Of a DNA stretch of 26,408 nt, positions 9,068 to 16,823 are shown piece after piece. The stretch is taken from assembly GCA_019358935.1 (NCBI GenBank), contig JAHHIK010000114.1:1-26408 (forward strand). Reading direction: 5' to 3'. Numbering within the stretch: position 1 is the first letter of the stretch; the number at the start of each line of letters is the position of its first letter. The notes under the pieces are model-generated. The model ran no database searches. It saw nothing but the letters and a program-made list of their open reading frames with translations, and had not been told where the DNA came from. Origin of the DNA: Tolypothrix carrinoi HA7290-LM1. GTDB lineage: Bacteria; Cyanobacteriota; Cyanobacteriia; Cyanobacteriales; Nostocaceae. A program made the translations under genes and the position numbers.

Positions 9068-9076
9068 ATCATAACA
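9068..9076 (-). promoter_or_regulatory. Extended -10 box (TGn-TATGAT) for ffs
   Basis: TGTTATGAT on the minus strand, 7 nt upstream of the inferred RNA start at 9060. Confidence 0.6.
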
Positions 9077-9097
9077 CACTTATCTAGTGGATGTGTG

Positions 9098-9368
9098 TTA
9101 TTCAACTACAATTCGCCATTCGTAAAGCTCGTAATTGACGCAGCCGTTTTCCACCAAGGGTTCGCGAGAGCGACAATCGCTTTTGCCTCATCCATTGAAG
9201 CTGCTTCAAACAGCAGCATACCCCCTCCCATAGAAGCCCAGTATGAGCGATCGCGCTTTGTGTCCTTTAGCTATCAAATCTTGAACATAAGCAATGTATC
9301 GCGGGTACGTATTGGTCAAAGATGTTTTTATCGACTTTGCCTGATTCAATCTTGACAAACCAAGCCAT
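9098..9368 (-). pseudogene. YciI-family protein with three frameshifts (absent from the ORF track)
   Basis: Joined frames: MAWFVKIESGKVDKNIFDQYVPA / YIAYVQDLIAKGHKARS / SYWASMGGGMLLFEAASMDEAKAIVA / PLVENGCVNYELYEWRIVVE*; ATG 9368, TAA 9100-9098. Confidence 0.8.
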
Positions 9369-9462
9369 TTACTTGCTTCCTCTGGAATTTTCGTTTCTAA
9401 TATTTAGGCGTTGCAGTACTTTCATCATCTCAAATCCCCAGCCCGCAGATAGTATCATTCGT

Positions 9463-9944
9463 TGGCAGCTATACTCTCAAATCCAAAATCCAAAATCCAC
9501 GCAAGTGGCAGCTATACTCTCAAATCCAAACAGGACTTACGCACAAGTCATGAAATAACGAACCTTACTAGGCACAGAGAACACAGAGAAATGAGAATTT
9601 GAGAGGTTTTTTGCGTAAGTCCTGCCAAAATCCGTCTTGAAAAGCTTTGATCGGAGGAAACCTCCGCTCAAACTTTTCGCAAAATCCAAAATCCACGCAA
9701 CTGGCAGCTGTACTCTCAAATCCAAAATCCGTCTTGAAAAGCTTTGATCGGAGGAAACCTCCGCTCAAACTTTTCGCAAAATCTAAAATCCACGCAAGTG
9801 GCAGCTGTACTCTCAAATCCAAAATCCAAAATCCAAAATCCACGCAAGTGGCAGCTGTACTCTCAAATCCAAAATCCGTCTTGAAAAGCTTTGATCGGAG
9901 GAAACCTCCGCTCAAACTTTTCGCAAAATCTAAAATCCAAAATC
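9463..9944. repeat. Composite repeat tract: CAAAATC heptamers, TGGCAGCT(A/G)TACTCTCAAATC modules and three identical 40-bp hairpins
   Basis: GAAAAGCTTTGATCGGAGGAAACCTCCGCTCAAACTTTTC at 9639..9678, 9736..9775 and 9883..9922. Confidence 0.92.
9531..9624. mobile_element. 94-bp MITE with 13-bp TIRs and a 5-bp target duplication
   Basis: CAGGACTTACGCA (9531-9543) ... TGCGTAAGTCCTG (9612-9624), flanked by CCAAA at 9526-9530 and 9625-9629; sister repeat units show the empty site. Confidence 0.9.
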
Positions 9945-9946
9945 GT

Positions 9947-10489
9947 ATGAGTCGTTTTTTTGTCGCTTTGTTACCACCGCAGCACATTCAAGACTGCGCC
10001 AACGAAATTAAACAGTACTTCGCCGATCGCTATGCTAGTAGTGGGGCACAAAAATCTCCACCGCATATCACCTTACAACCGCCTTTTGAATGGGTAGATA
10101 GCAATGTATCATTCTTAGAAGATTCTCTCAAGAAATTTGCTAGTAGGCGATCGCCTGTACCCGTCACACTTCATAACTTTGCGGCATTTGCTCCCCGCGT
10201 CATTTATATTGATGTTGTGCAAACTCCAGAATTGATGGATTTGCAAGCTGATTTGATGGCATATGTGGAAAGCAACTTGGGAATTGTTGATAAAGTTTCC
10301 CAGACTCGCTCGTTTACTCCACACATGACAGTAGCGTTTCGGGATTTAACAAAGCAAAACTTTAAAATCGCTTGGACAGAATTTGAGAAACGAGAGTTAC
10401 ATTTTGAGTTCAAGTGCGATCGCTTGACGTTACTGCTTCACGATGGCAAACGCTGGAATGTCAAAACAGAGTTTTCCTTTGTGTCTTAG
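9947..10489 (+). CDS. 2H phosphoesterase / 2'-5' RNA ligase family protein; start reassigned to ATG 9947
   Basis: Two HxT motifs (PPHITL, PHMTV); MSRFFVALLPP N-terminus; the upstream 100 codons are repeat DNA. Confidence 0.9.
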   Translation: MSRFFVALLPPQHIQDCANEIKQYFADRYASSGAQKSPPHITLQPPFEWVDSNVSFLEDSLKKFASRRSPVPVTLHNFAAFAPRVIYIDVVQTPELMDLQADLMAYVESNLGIVDKVSQTRSFTPHMTVAFRDLTKQNFKIAWTEFEKRELHFEFKCDRLTLLLHDGKRWNVKTEFSFVS

Positions 10490-10622
10490 TAAGTAGGTGA
10501 GTGGGAAAATTTATCGTTGGGATAAGGCAGTCCGGCTTGAGGCAGTCCGGCTTGAGGGAAGAGAGTTTTGACCCAGTTCATCTTTATTTACATAGTTGGG
10601 TTTTATTGTGCCTACCTACTTA
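10490..10622. mobile_element. 133-bp MITE-like element with TA-terminated TIRs
   Basis: TAAGTAGGT (10490-10498) ... ACCTACTTA (10614-10622); internal 2 x 15-bp AGGCAGTCCGGCTTG. Confidence 0.7.
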
Positions 10623-10671
10623 CAGCATTTCATGAATACGAGCGCGAATTAAAGAAAGGCAATTGAGTTTG

Positions 10672-11019
10672 CAATGCGATTGTCACTCGATACAATGCGA
10701 TTGTCACTCGATACAATGCGATTGTCACTCGATACAATGCGATTGTCACCCGATACAATGCGATTGTCACCCGATACAATGCGATTGTCACTCGATACAA
10801 TGCGATTGTCACCCGATACAATGCGATTGTCACCCGATACAATGCGATTGTCACCCGATACAATGCGATTGTCACTCGATACAATGCGATTGTCACTCGA
10901 TACAATGCGATTGTCACTCGATACAATGCGATTGTCACTCGATACAATGCGATTGTCACTCGATACAATGCGATTGTCACTCGATACAATGCGATTGTCA
11001 CTCGATACAATGCGATTGT
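10672..11019. repeat. Tandem array of 16.6 x 21 bp
   Basis: CAATGCGATTGTCAC(T/C)CGATA; one variable position, order TTT CC T CCC TTTTTTT; no spacers. Confidence 0.97.
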
Positions 11020-11200
11020 GTCCCCCTGCATTTAAAAACGCTACGCTTTTACGCTTAATTGTACTTAGCTCACTGCAAATCTTAAGACTTTTGGAAATTT
11101 TGCATAAAAATGTAAGGCTTTATACTACCTTGAAAATGATTCTCGTTGGAAATTATGTTTAATTTCCATATAAGCGACTTTTTATATACCAAAAGTAGCT

Positions 11201-11599
11201 ATGTATAAACGATTAATTAGCACATTTGTCTTGGTGGCGATCGCACCGTTATCAATTTTAGTAATTTCTTTGCCCAGCATTGCTCAAACACGAACAATTA
11301 ATTGCTCTAAGGCGGTAGCGACACCAGAATTGAAATTTTGTTCTCAACAATCTTACCAAGCCGCAGATAAAAAACTCAATCAAGTTTATCAGCAAGTCGT
11401 TTCGAGCTTAAGCAGTGAGGCAAAGCAGTTATTAACTACTGGACAACAATCATGGATTAAGTTTCGCGATAACAACTGCAATTTTGAAGTATATAGCTCT
11501 CGTGGTGGGACAGGTTATGAAATCTTTCGTAACGGCTGTTTGGAGAGACTGACAAAACAACGTACAAAAGATTTACAAGATTATCTATCTTCTCGATAA
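11201..11599 (+). CDS. Secreted LprI (DUF1311) lysozyme-inhibitor family protein
   Basis: Signal peptide ending SIA-Q; C..A.....C.....ADKKLNQVYQ, QQSWIKFRDNNC, CLERLTKQR. Confidence 0.88.
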   Translation: MYKRLISTFVLVAIAPLSILVISLPSIAQTRTINCSKAVATPELKFCSQQSYQAADKKLNQVYQQVVSSLSSEAKQLLTTGQQSWIKFRDNNCNFEVYSSRGGTGYEIFRNGCLERLTKQRTKDLQDYLSSR

Positions 11600-11643
11600 G
11601 TAAGTAGGCAAGAAGATTTCAAATTATGTTAAGAAACTTAAAT

Positions 11644-11812
11644 TGTAGGGTCCGGCTTAAAGCGGTGTGGATATTCCTCCTTTCGTCGGTTCGACGGACA
11701 GAATCCTCTGAGCAGGCAACGCCGCGCTTTAGGGTCCGTTGCGTTATGCTTTTAGAAGTCCGCACCAACGACTGTGAAAGGTGCGTTGTCGGGCAACGCA
11801 ACGCACCCTACA
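11644..11812. repeat. REP doublet (REPIN-like) interrupted by a 75-bp insert with a 9-bp direct repeat
   Basis: TAGGGTCCG at 11646-11654 and 11730-11738; removing the insert restores the IR TGTAGGGTCCGTTGCGTT ... AACGCAACGCACCCTACA. Confidence 0.75.
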
Positions 11813-11827
11813 GTCTTGAGAGTAATT

Positions 11828-11883
11828 GTAGTAAGGGGTTCAGCCCTTCAAATCGAAGATATGAGCGGTGAACCGCTCACTAC
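11828..11883. repeat. Second GTAG-type REP doublet
   Basis: GTAGTAAGGGGTTCAGCCCTTC ... GAGCGGTGAACCGCTCACTAC. Confidence 0.65.
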
Positions 11884-12028
11884 GAAGAAGAGTGTTTTAG
11901 GTTTAATTTTGCACATTTGCACAAATCTGTTTTAGGAATCGAGAGGTTTGAACAAGTATTTAATCATAATCCAAGCAGAGATAAGAATGCTTGGATAAAC
12001 CATCTCAGATGAAGAGGCAAAGAAAACT

Positions 12029-14038
12029 ATGGCTAAGATAACCATCAATGGTATATCAATCGATCCAGATGCTCAGAGAAATGCAATCATATCTGCTAAT
12101 CTAATTAGTGCTGACAGTTCCAAATCAAATTATATTCTCATCCAATCGACTCAACCGTTAAACCGCGAGCAGAAAAGTCAGCTATCAGAGTTAGGTGCAG
12201 AAATTCTGGAATTTGTACCAGAAAATACTTACATTTGTCGTTACAATCCTTCTAATTTGGATGCAATTCGGGATTTGCCTTTTGTCGAATGGGCGAATGT
12301 TTATTTAGAAGGCTTCAAAATCGCGCCTCAGTTGGTGATAGGAGGCAAAAATGATACAGCGAATCTGTTAGCGATAAAAACTGCTGACATATCACTGTTG
12401 CGGCAGCCAAAACAAGTGACAGTGGTGTTTCATAATAATGTTGCCATCGATGAGAAGTTGCGCGATCGCATCGCTACAGCTGCCAGACTAAACAAGAGCG
12501 ATCTAGAATTTAGTAGCAACTCAATAAAACTCTCGGTTCAACCTCAATATCTTGATGATTTGGCAAAAATAGACGAGGTGCGACACATTGAAGAAAGCGT
12601 GCCACGGCAGCTTTTCAATAATGTAGCTCTCAAAGTGCTGAAAGCAGACCAGACACACAGCACAGTCAATTTGCAAGGAGAAAATCAAATTGTCGCTATA
12701 GCCGACACTGGCTTTGACAAAGGTTCAACCACAGACGTTCATCCTGCCTTCACAGACAGAGTAGTTAAGCTTTACCCCTTAGGACGGTCAACCGCTAATG
12801 ACCCTCAAGGACACGGTACGCACGTAGCTGGCTCGGTTTTGGGCGATGGCAAATCTGACACAATGGGGGGTCCGATTCAGGGAACCGCTCCTAAAGCCAA
12901 GCTGGTGCTGCAATCGGTTCTCGATTCCAGAGGAGGTTTGGGAGGACTTCCGGACGATCTGAACAACTTATTCAAACAACCTTATGATAATGACGCAGCC
13001 CGCGTTCATACAAACTCCTGGGGAGCGCCAACACGCGGACAATATACGGTGGATTCTCAACAAGTAGACCAATTTGTTTGGGAACATCGAGACATGGTTA
13101 TCTGCTTTGCTGCGGGTAACGAAGGCTCTGACACAGATCGCAACGGCGTGATTGATAATAAAACGATCGCCGCACCCGGAACAGCAAAGAATTGTATTAC
13201 AGTTGGAGCCTCTGAGAATAACAGACCAGACCAATCAAAACCATATAGGCTTTTGGGTCGCTATAGCGCCGAGCCGATCGCTTCAGATGGTTGGTCTAAC
13301 AACCCAGATGGGATGGCGGCTTTTAGCAGTCGAGGACCAACTCAAAATGAGCGAATCAAGCCAGATGTTGTTGCTCCCGGAACTGCGATTCTCTCTACTC
13401 TTTCGCGAGACGCAAGAATTGATTCATTCTTTGGCAACTCCACAGACCCCCTTTATGCTTTTCTAGCTGGTACTAGCATGGCTACACCGCTAGTTGCAGG
13501 CTGCGCTGCTGTGGTGAGAGAGTATTTTTTGCAACAGAATCACCAACCAAGTGCGGCTCTAGTTAAGGCAATGTTAATCAATGGAGCTAAAGACATCGCC
13601 GGTCAATATGTTCCCTCGGAAGCGGGAGAAATTCCCAACCTCTCAGAAGGATTTGGTCGAGTTGATTTAGCCGCAACGGTAGGACCGAGAAACGATTGTG
13701 AGCAGGTTACTTTCAAGGATGAATCCACAAAACTTGATACGGGAGAAGAGGAAAAAACTGAAGTAGAAATCAGCAATTCAAACTCTGTTTTGAAGGTGAC
13801 ATTAGTATGGACTGATTTCCCAGGTGAAGCTCTTCAAAATGACTTGGATTTAATTGTGCGTGCAAATGGTGAGGAGCGACACGGAAATATGCCGCCATCC
13901 TCAACAGATTTCGACCGACGAAATAATGTTGAACAGATTGTTTGGACTAATGTAGCTTCAGGAAAGCTGGAAATTGTGGTGCGTGCTAACCGAATTCTTC
14001 AGCCACAATCTTATGCATTAGTTGTGAGAATCTCTTAG
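12029..14038 (+). CDS. S8 subtilisin-like serine peptidase (KP-43-like) with propeptide and C-terminal domain
   Basis: Triad motifs ADTG, GHGTHVAGS, GTSMATP; FAAGNEG; FSSRGP..RIKPDVVAPG; LVWTD..LQNDLDL; NNVEQ. No obvious signal peptide. Confidence 0.92.
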   Translation: MAKITINGISIDPDAQRNAIISANLISADSSKSNYILIQSTQPLNREQKSQLSELGAEILEFVPENTYICRYNPSNLDAIRDLPFVEWANVYLEGFKIAPQLVIGGKNDTANLLAIKTADISLLRQPKQVTVVFHNNVAIDEKLRDRIATAARLNKSDLEFSSNSIKLSVQPQYLDDLAKIDEVRHIEESVPRQLFNNVALKVLKADQTHSTVNLQGENQIVAIADTGFDKGSTTDVHPAFTDRVVKLYPLGRSTANDPQGHGTHVAGSVLGDGKSDTMGGPIQGTAPKAKLVLQSVLDSRGGLGGLPDDLNNLFKQPYDNDAARVHTNSWGAPTRGQYTVDSQQVDQFVWEHRDMVICFAAGNEGSDTDRNGVIDNKTIAAPGTAKNCITVGASENNRPDQSKPYRLLGRYSAEPIASDGWSNNPDGMAAFSSRGPTQNERIKPDVVAPGTAILSTLSRDARIDSFFGNSTDPLYAFLAGTSMATPLVAGCAAVVREYFLQQNHQPSAALVKAMLINGAKDIAGQYVPSEAGEIPNLSEGFGRVDLAATVGPRNDCEQVTFKDESTKLDTGEEEKTEVEISNSNSVLKVTLVWTDFPGEALQNDLDLIVRANGEERHGNMPPSSTDFDRRNNVEQIVWTNVASGKLEIVVRANRILQPQSYALVVRIS

Positions 14039-14047
14039 GTTAAAAGA

Positions 14048-14098
14048 ATTGTTGTAAATCCTGGGAATAATCTTTTCATTCAGGGGATTTACAACAAT
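14048..14098. terminator. 14-bp inverted repeat after the S8 gene
   Basis: ATTGTTGTAAATCC ... GGATTTACAACAAT. Confidence 0.6.
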
Positions 14099-14241
14099 AC
14101 ATAAATAAAAGTGATATCAACCTTTATCTATGTATCTAAGTTGAAATCAGTGCGATCGCCAAAGCCTACGAAGGTGTAAACTTTAAAGCGGTCTTCCCAG
14201 CTTTCAGCATCAGTAATTTAGTAATCAAGGAACCAAAAAGC

Positions 14242-14949
14242 ATGGCAACTAACTACAGCAATGAAGCCATCCGTAACATCTTAATCGGATTCGGATATTT
14301 AGCTCCTGATAGCAATCCTGGTAGCAATCCTCCCTGGAAGACGAATAATAACCCTTTGACAGATGAACGCACCGTCACCGCAATCAAAAAGTTTCAGCAA
14401 GATTACCCACCCCTCAAAGCAGATGGCTTTGCTGGCGATCAAACCAAGAAGGTGTTGCATGATACAATTGTCGCTCTTCAGAATAACTTGAAGCGCCACG
14501 GTTTCGCTACTGATGCTCAGATACCCTCAACTCAACCGTATTATGGACCAAATACTTATGAAGCGGTGAAGAGATTTGAGCAAAAACAGGGTTTGACGGT
14601 GAATGGTATTGCTGACAAGCAAGCGCGTACACTTCTAAATCAAGCAAGTTTACCAACTAATAATATCAGGCTGATAGATGTTTGCATTCAATTTAAACAG
14701 AATCCGAAAAAGCCTAATTATGTTGAGGCACTAAATTATTTACAAGCTCAGTTAAGCTCAGACATTTTAATTGAGTTTACCAACCAGTGGCGACAAACCA
14801 ATGATGTCAATCCTTCAATAGTCAAGCTGACGGATGTGTGCAATTCTTATGTAGCCAAAACGCATCAAGATAGAGCGCTCAATTACTTACAAAGTCAGAT
14901 ATCTCCAGATGTATACAAGAGATTTACTGAACTTTGGAAGAAGGCGTAA
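14242..14949 (+). CDS. Peptidoglycan-binding domain protein (2 x PG_binding_1) with two C-terminal helical repeats
   Basis: TVTAIKKFQQDY..LKADGFAGDQT and YGPNTYEAVKRFEQKQGLTVNGIA; repeated L.DVC...ALNYLQ.Q.S......FT..W. Confidence 0.85.
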   Translation: MATNYSNEAIRNILIGFGYLAPDSNPGSNPPWKTNNNPLTDERTVTAIKKFQQDYPPLKADGFAGDQTKKVLHDTIVALQNNLKRHGFATDAQIPSTQPYYGPNTYEAVKRFEQKQGLTVNGIADKQARTLLNQASLPTNNIRLIDVCIQFKQNPKKPNYVEALNYLQAQLSSDILIEFTNQWRQTNDVNPSIVKLTDVCNSYVAKTHQDRALNYLQSQISPDVYKRFTELWKKA

Positions 14950-14997
14950 TTCCTGAAGCTGAATTCATGATATAATGCATCGCGAATCATACATATT

Positions 14998-15026
14998 GTA
15001 GAGACGTTCCACTGGAACGTCTCTAC
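14998..15026. repeat. REP-like perfect palindrome between convergent genes
   Basis: GTAGAGACGTTCCA-C-TGGAACGTCTCTAC. Confidence 0.85.
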
Positions 15027-15043
15027 GACGGTTTCTGTGATGA

Positions 15044-16717
15044 TTAGCCGGCTTTACCATTCGGACGTTGGATAATCGTTTCCACAACCCGGCGTTTTCC
15101 CTTGGGTTCGATTCCTACTAAGCGCACATATTCGCCAGGATGTTCGGCGAGAAAAAATTCCAAAGTTGAGATTGCATCAGATTCAGCATCAATTTGCGGA
15201 ACCGCAAAAGTTTGCCAAGAACCGGTGCGGAAGCGTCTTTCATCTACATGTTCAATGCCAATTTTATAACCTTGAGATAAAATATTACGCACTTGCTCTT
15301 GTGTTTCTAAGGTCAAATGCGTACTCGATGCTTTTTGTTTGTTGAATTTATTTGAAGAAGGTGCAGGTTGAGTTATACGATTGCTCAAGGGCTGACTAGG
15401 TGGCGTGATACTGAGGCTAGGCGCAGGTTGATAATCTATGCCGCCTGTAGTACCATTCGGACGTTGGATAATCGTTTCTATAACCCGACGTTTTCCTATG
15501 GGTTCGATTCCTACTAAGCGCACATATTCGTTACTATGTTCGGCGAGAAAAAATTCCAAAGTTGAGATTGCATCAGATTCAGCATCAATTTGCGGAACTG
15601 CAAAAGTTTGCCAAGAACCGGTGCGAAAGCGTCTTTCATCTACGTGTTCAATGCCGATTTTATAACCTTGAGATAAAATCTGACGTACTTGCTCTTGTGT
15701 TTCTAAGGTCAAATGCGTACTTGATGGTTGCTGTTGGTTAAATCCATTCGTTTTTGCCGACTGGTTTGAACTATTGCTTGACGGTTGACTAACTGGCTTG
15801 ACAACGCTTGTTGGTGCAGGTTGATTATTTCTGCCTCGGTTTAAGCGATTGTACTCATCAACCAACTGAGAATTTTCCACGCGTTTTTGTTCGCTTACCA
15901 TAAAATTGCCTATCTCAATTAAGTGAGACAAGTTAAAATTAGGCTTTTGAAATTCTGGTGCTTTCTCGGTGCTGTTAACTATACGTCGAGAGATCCGCTC
16001 AAAACCGACTTGATGGATAAAGTTGCGGATTTGTTCGTCATAAATGCGCGATCGCAAAGCGCTAAAAAAGTCAATTGACTGCTTGATAAAAGTATCAACC
16101 AATTTTTCTATATCTCGTTGCGAAAGTCCATCCGATTCAAAAATCCCACCAACAATTCCCACCTTGTCATCGCGGTCTGGTTCCCAGTAAAATTTTTCCA
16201 TGCGACCATCGCGAATTAACGGTGCGTAGAGAGTAGAAAAATCATTACCTGTGACAATAATCGGCACGCGATTTAATGGTGTTGAGTCATAGCTTCCGGG
16301 AAGTTGCACATCGGTAGGATTATCAGCAATATTCATCAGTGTGGCATTTACCAACTGAGTATTTACCGTGTATTGCGTACCTTCATCAAAACGTCCCGCA
16401 CCCGCATCTAAATCGTTAATCATCAGCACGCACATTTTGCCGCGCACCTTAATTAGTTCTGCTGTTTCTCGATAGCGCAGACGAATCAGACGCGCTGGAT
16501 CTCCCGCATCTGGACTTTCCAGTTCACCACCAGAGATGAGAGTCACCTCAATGCCCATTTTCTCGAAGACTAACTCACATTGAAAAGTCTTTCCCTCACC
16601 TTTGCGTCCATGAATTCCCAAAATCACCGGTACTCGCACACCGGGAATATTCAGAAAGTTTTTCGTGATGTGGACGGCAAGTTTATCTAAAAAGCGAGGA
16701 GCAATATAATAACCCAT
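15044..16717 (-). CDS. rca: Rubisco activase-like AAA+ protein (Rca/ALC) with two RbcS-like SSUL domains
   Basis: Walker A GRKGEGKT, ELESPDAGDPARLIRLRY, INDLDAGAGR, TGNDFSTLYAPLIRDGRMEKFYW; two HVDERRFRTGSW...EYVRLVGI..KRRV.ETIIQRP modules. Confidence 0.95.
   Translation of the reverse strand: MGYYIAPRFLDKLAVHITKNFLNIPGVRVPVILGIHGRKGEGKTFQCELVFEKMGIEVTLISGGELESPDAGDPARLIRLRYRETAELIKVRGKMCVLMINDLDAGAGRFDEGTQYTVNTQLVNATLMNIADNPTDVQLPGSYDSTPLNRVPIIVTGNDFSTLYAPLIRDGRMEKFYWEPDRDDKVGIVGGIFESDGLSQRDIEKLVDTFIKQSIDFFSALRSRIYDEQIRNFIHQVGFERISRRIVNSTEKAPEFQKPNFNLSHLIEIGNFMVSEQKRVENSQLVDEYNRLNRGRNNQPAPTSVVKPVSQPSSNSSNQSAKTNGFNQQQPSSTHLTLETQEQVRQILSQGYKIGIEHVDERRFRTGSWQTFAVPQIDAESDAISTLEFFLAEHSNEYVRLVGIEPIGKRRVIETIIQRPNGTTGGIDYQPAPSLSITPPSQPLSNRITQPAPSSNKFNKQKASSTHLTLETQEQVRNILSQGYKIGIEHVDERRFRTGSWQTFAVPQIDAESDAISTLEFFLAEHPGEYVRLVGIEPKGKRRVVETIIQRPNGKAG
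15055..15726. repeat. Intragenic duplication of the SSUL domain (period 396 bp)
   Basis: 15055..15330 and 15451..15726 are nearly identical at DNA level; the QPAP-containing linkers are also homologous. Confidence 0.93.
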
Positions 16718-16823
16718 GAGTCTGTCAATAAATATTTAACACTTCTAAAGATAATGTTAGTTTTTTCTGGGCACAGCGGCTCACCCATTTTTTCTAACAA
16801 TATTTTGGTCAATTAATTTAATA

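Noticed and set aside
8725..9355. Plus-strand ORFs 8725..9024 and 8912..9355
   Set aside because: They are antisense shadows of the phasin-like gene, ffs and the YciI pseudogene
9463..9944. CRISPR array with palindromic repeats
   Set aside because: The sequences between hairpins are themselves repeats, and spacing is irregular
9647..9946. 100-aa N-terminal extension of the 2H phosphoesterase
   Set aside because: It is translated repeat DNA; the family-like sequence starts at ATG 9947
10672..11019. CRISPR array
   Set aside because: Units are contiguous with no unique spacers, and no cas genes are present
10663..11058. Metallothionein-like (CDCHSIQ)n protein
   Set aside because: Non-ATG start; an open frame is expected from a stop-free 21-bp unit; no independent coding evidence
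11619..11871. Small ORFs 11619..11801 and 11626..11871
   Set aside because: They lie over REP-like repeats and show no protein motifs
7186..14038. RiPP cluster made of the Nif11 precursor and the S8 protease
   Set aside because: They are 4.6 kb apart with housekeeping genes between, no maturase or transporter is present, and the protease is not PatA/LanP-like
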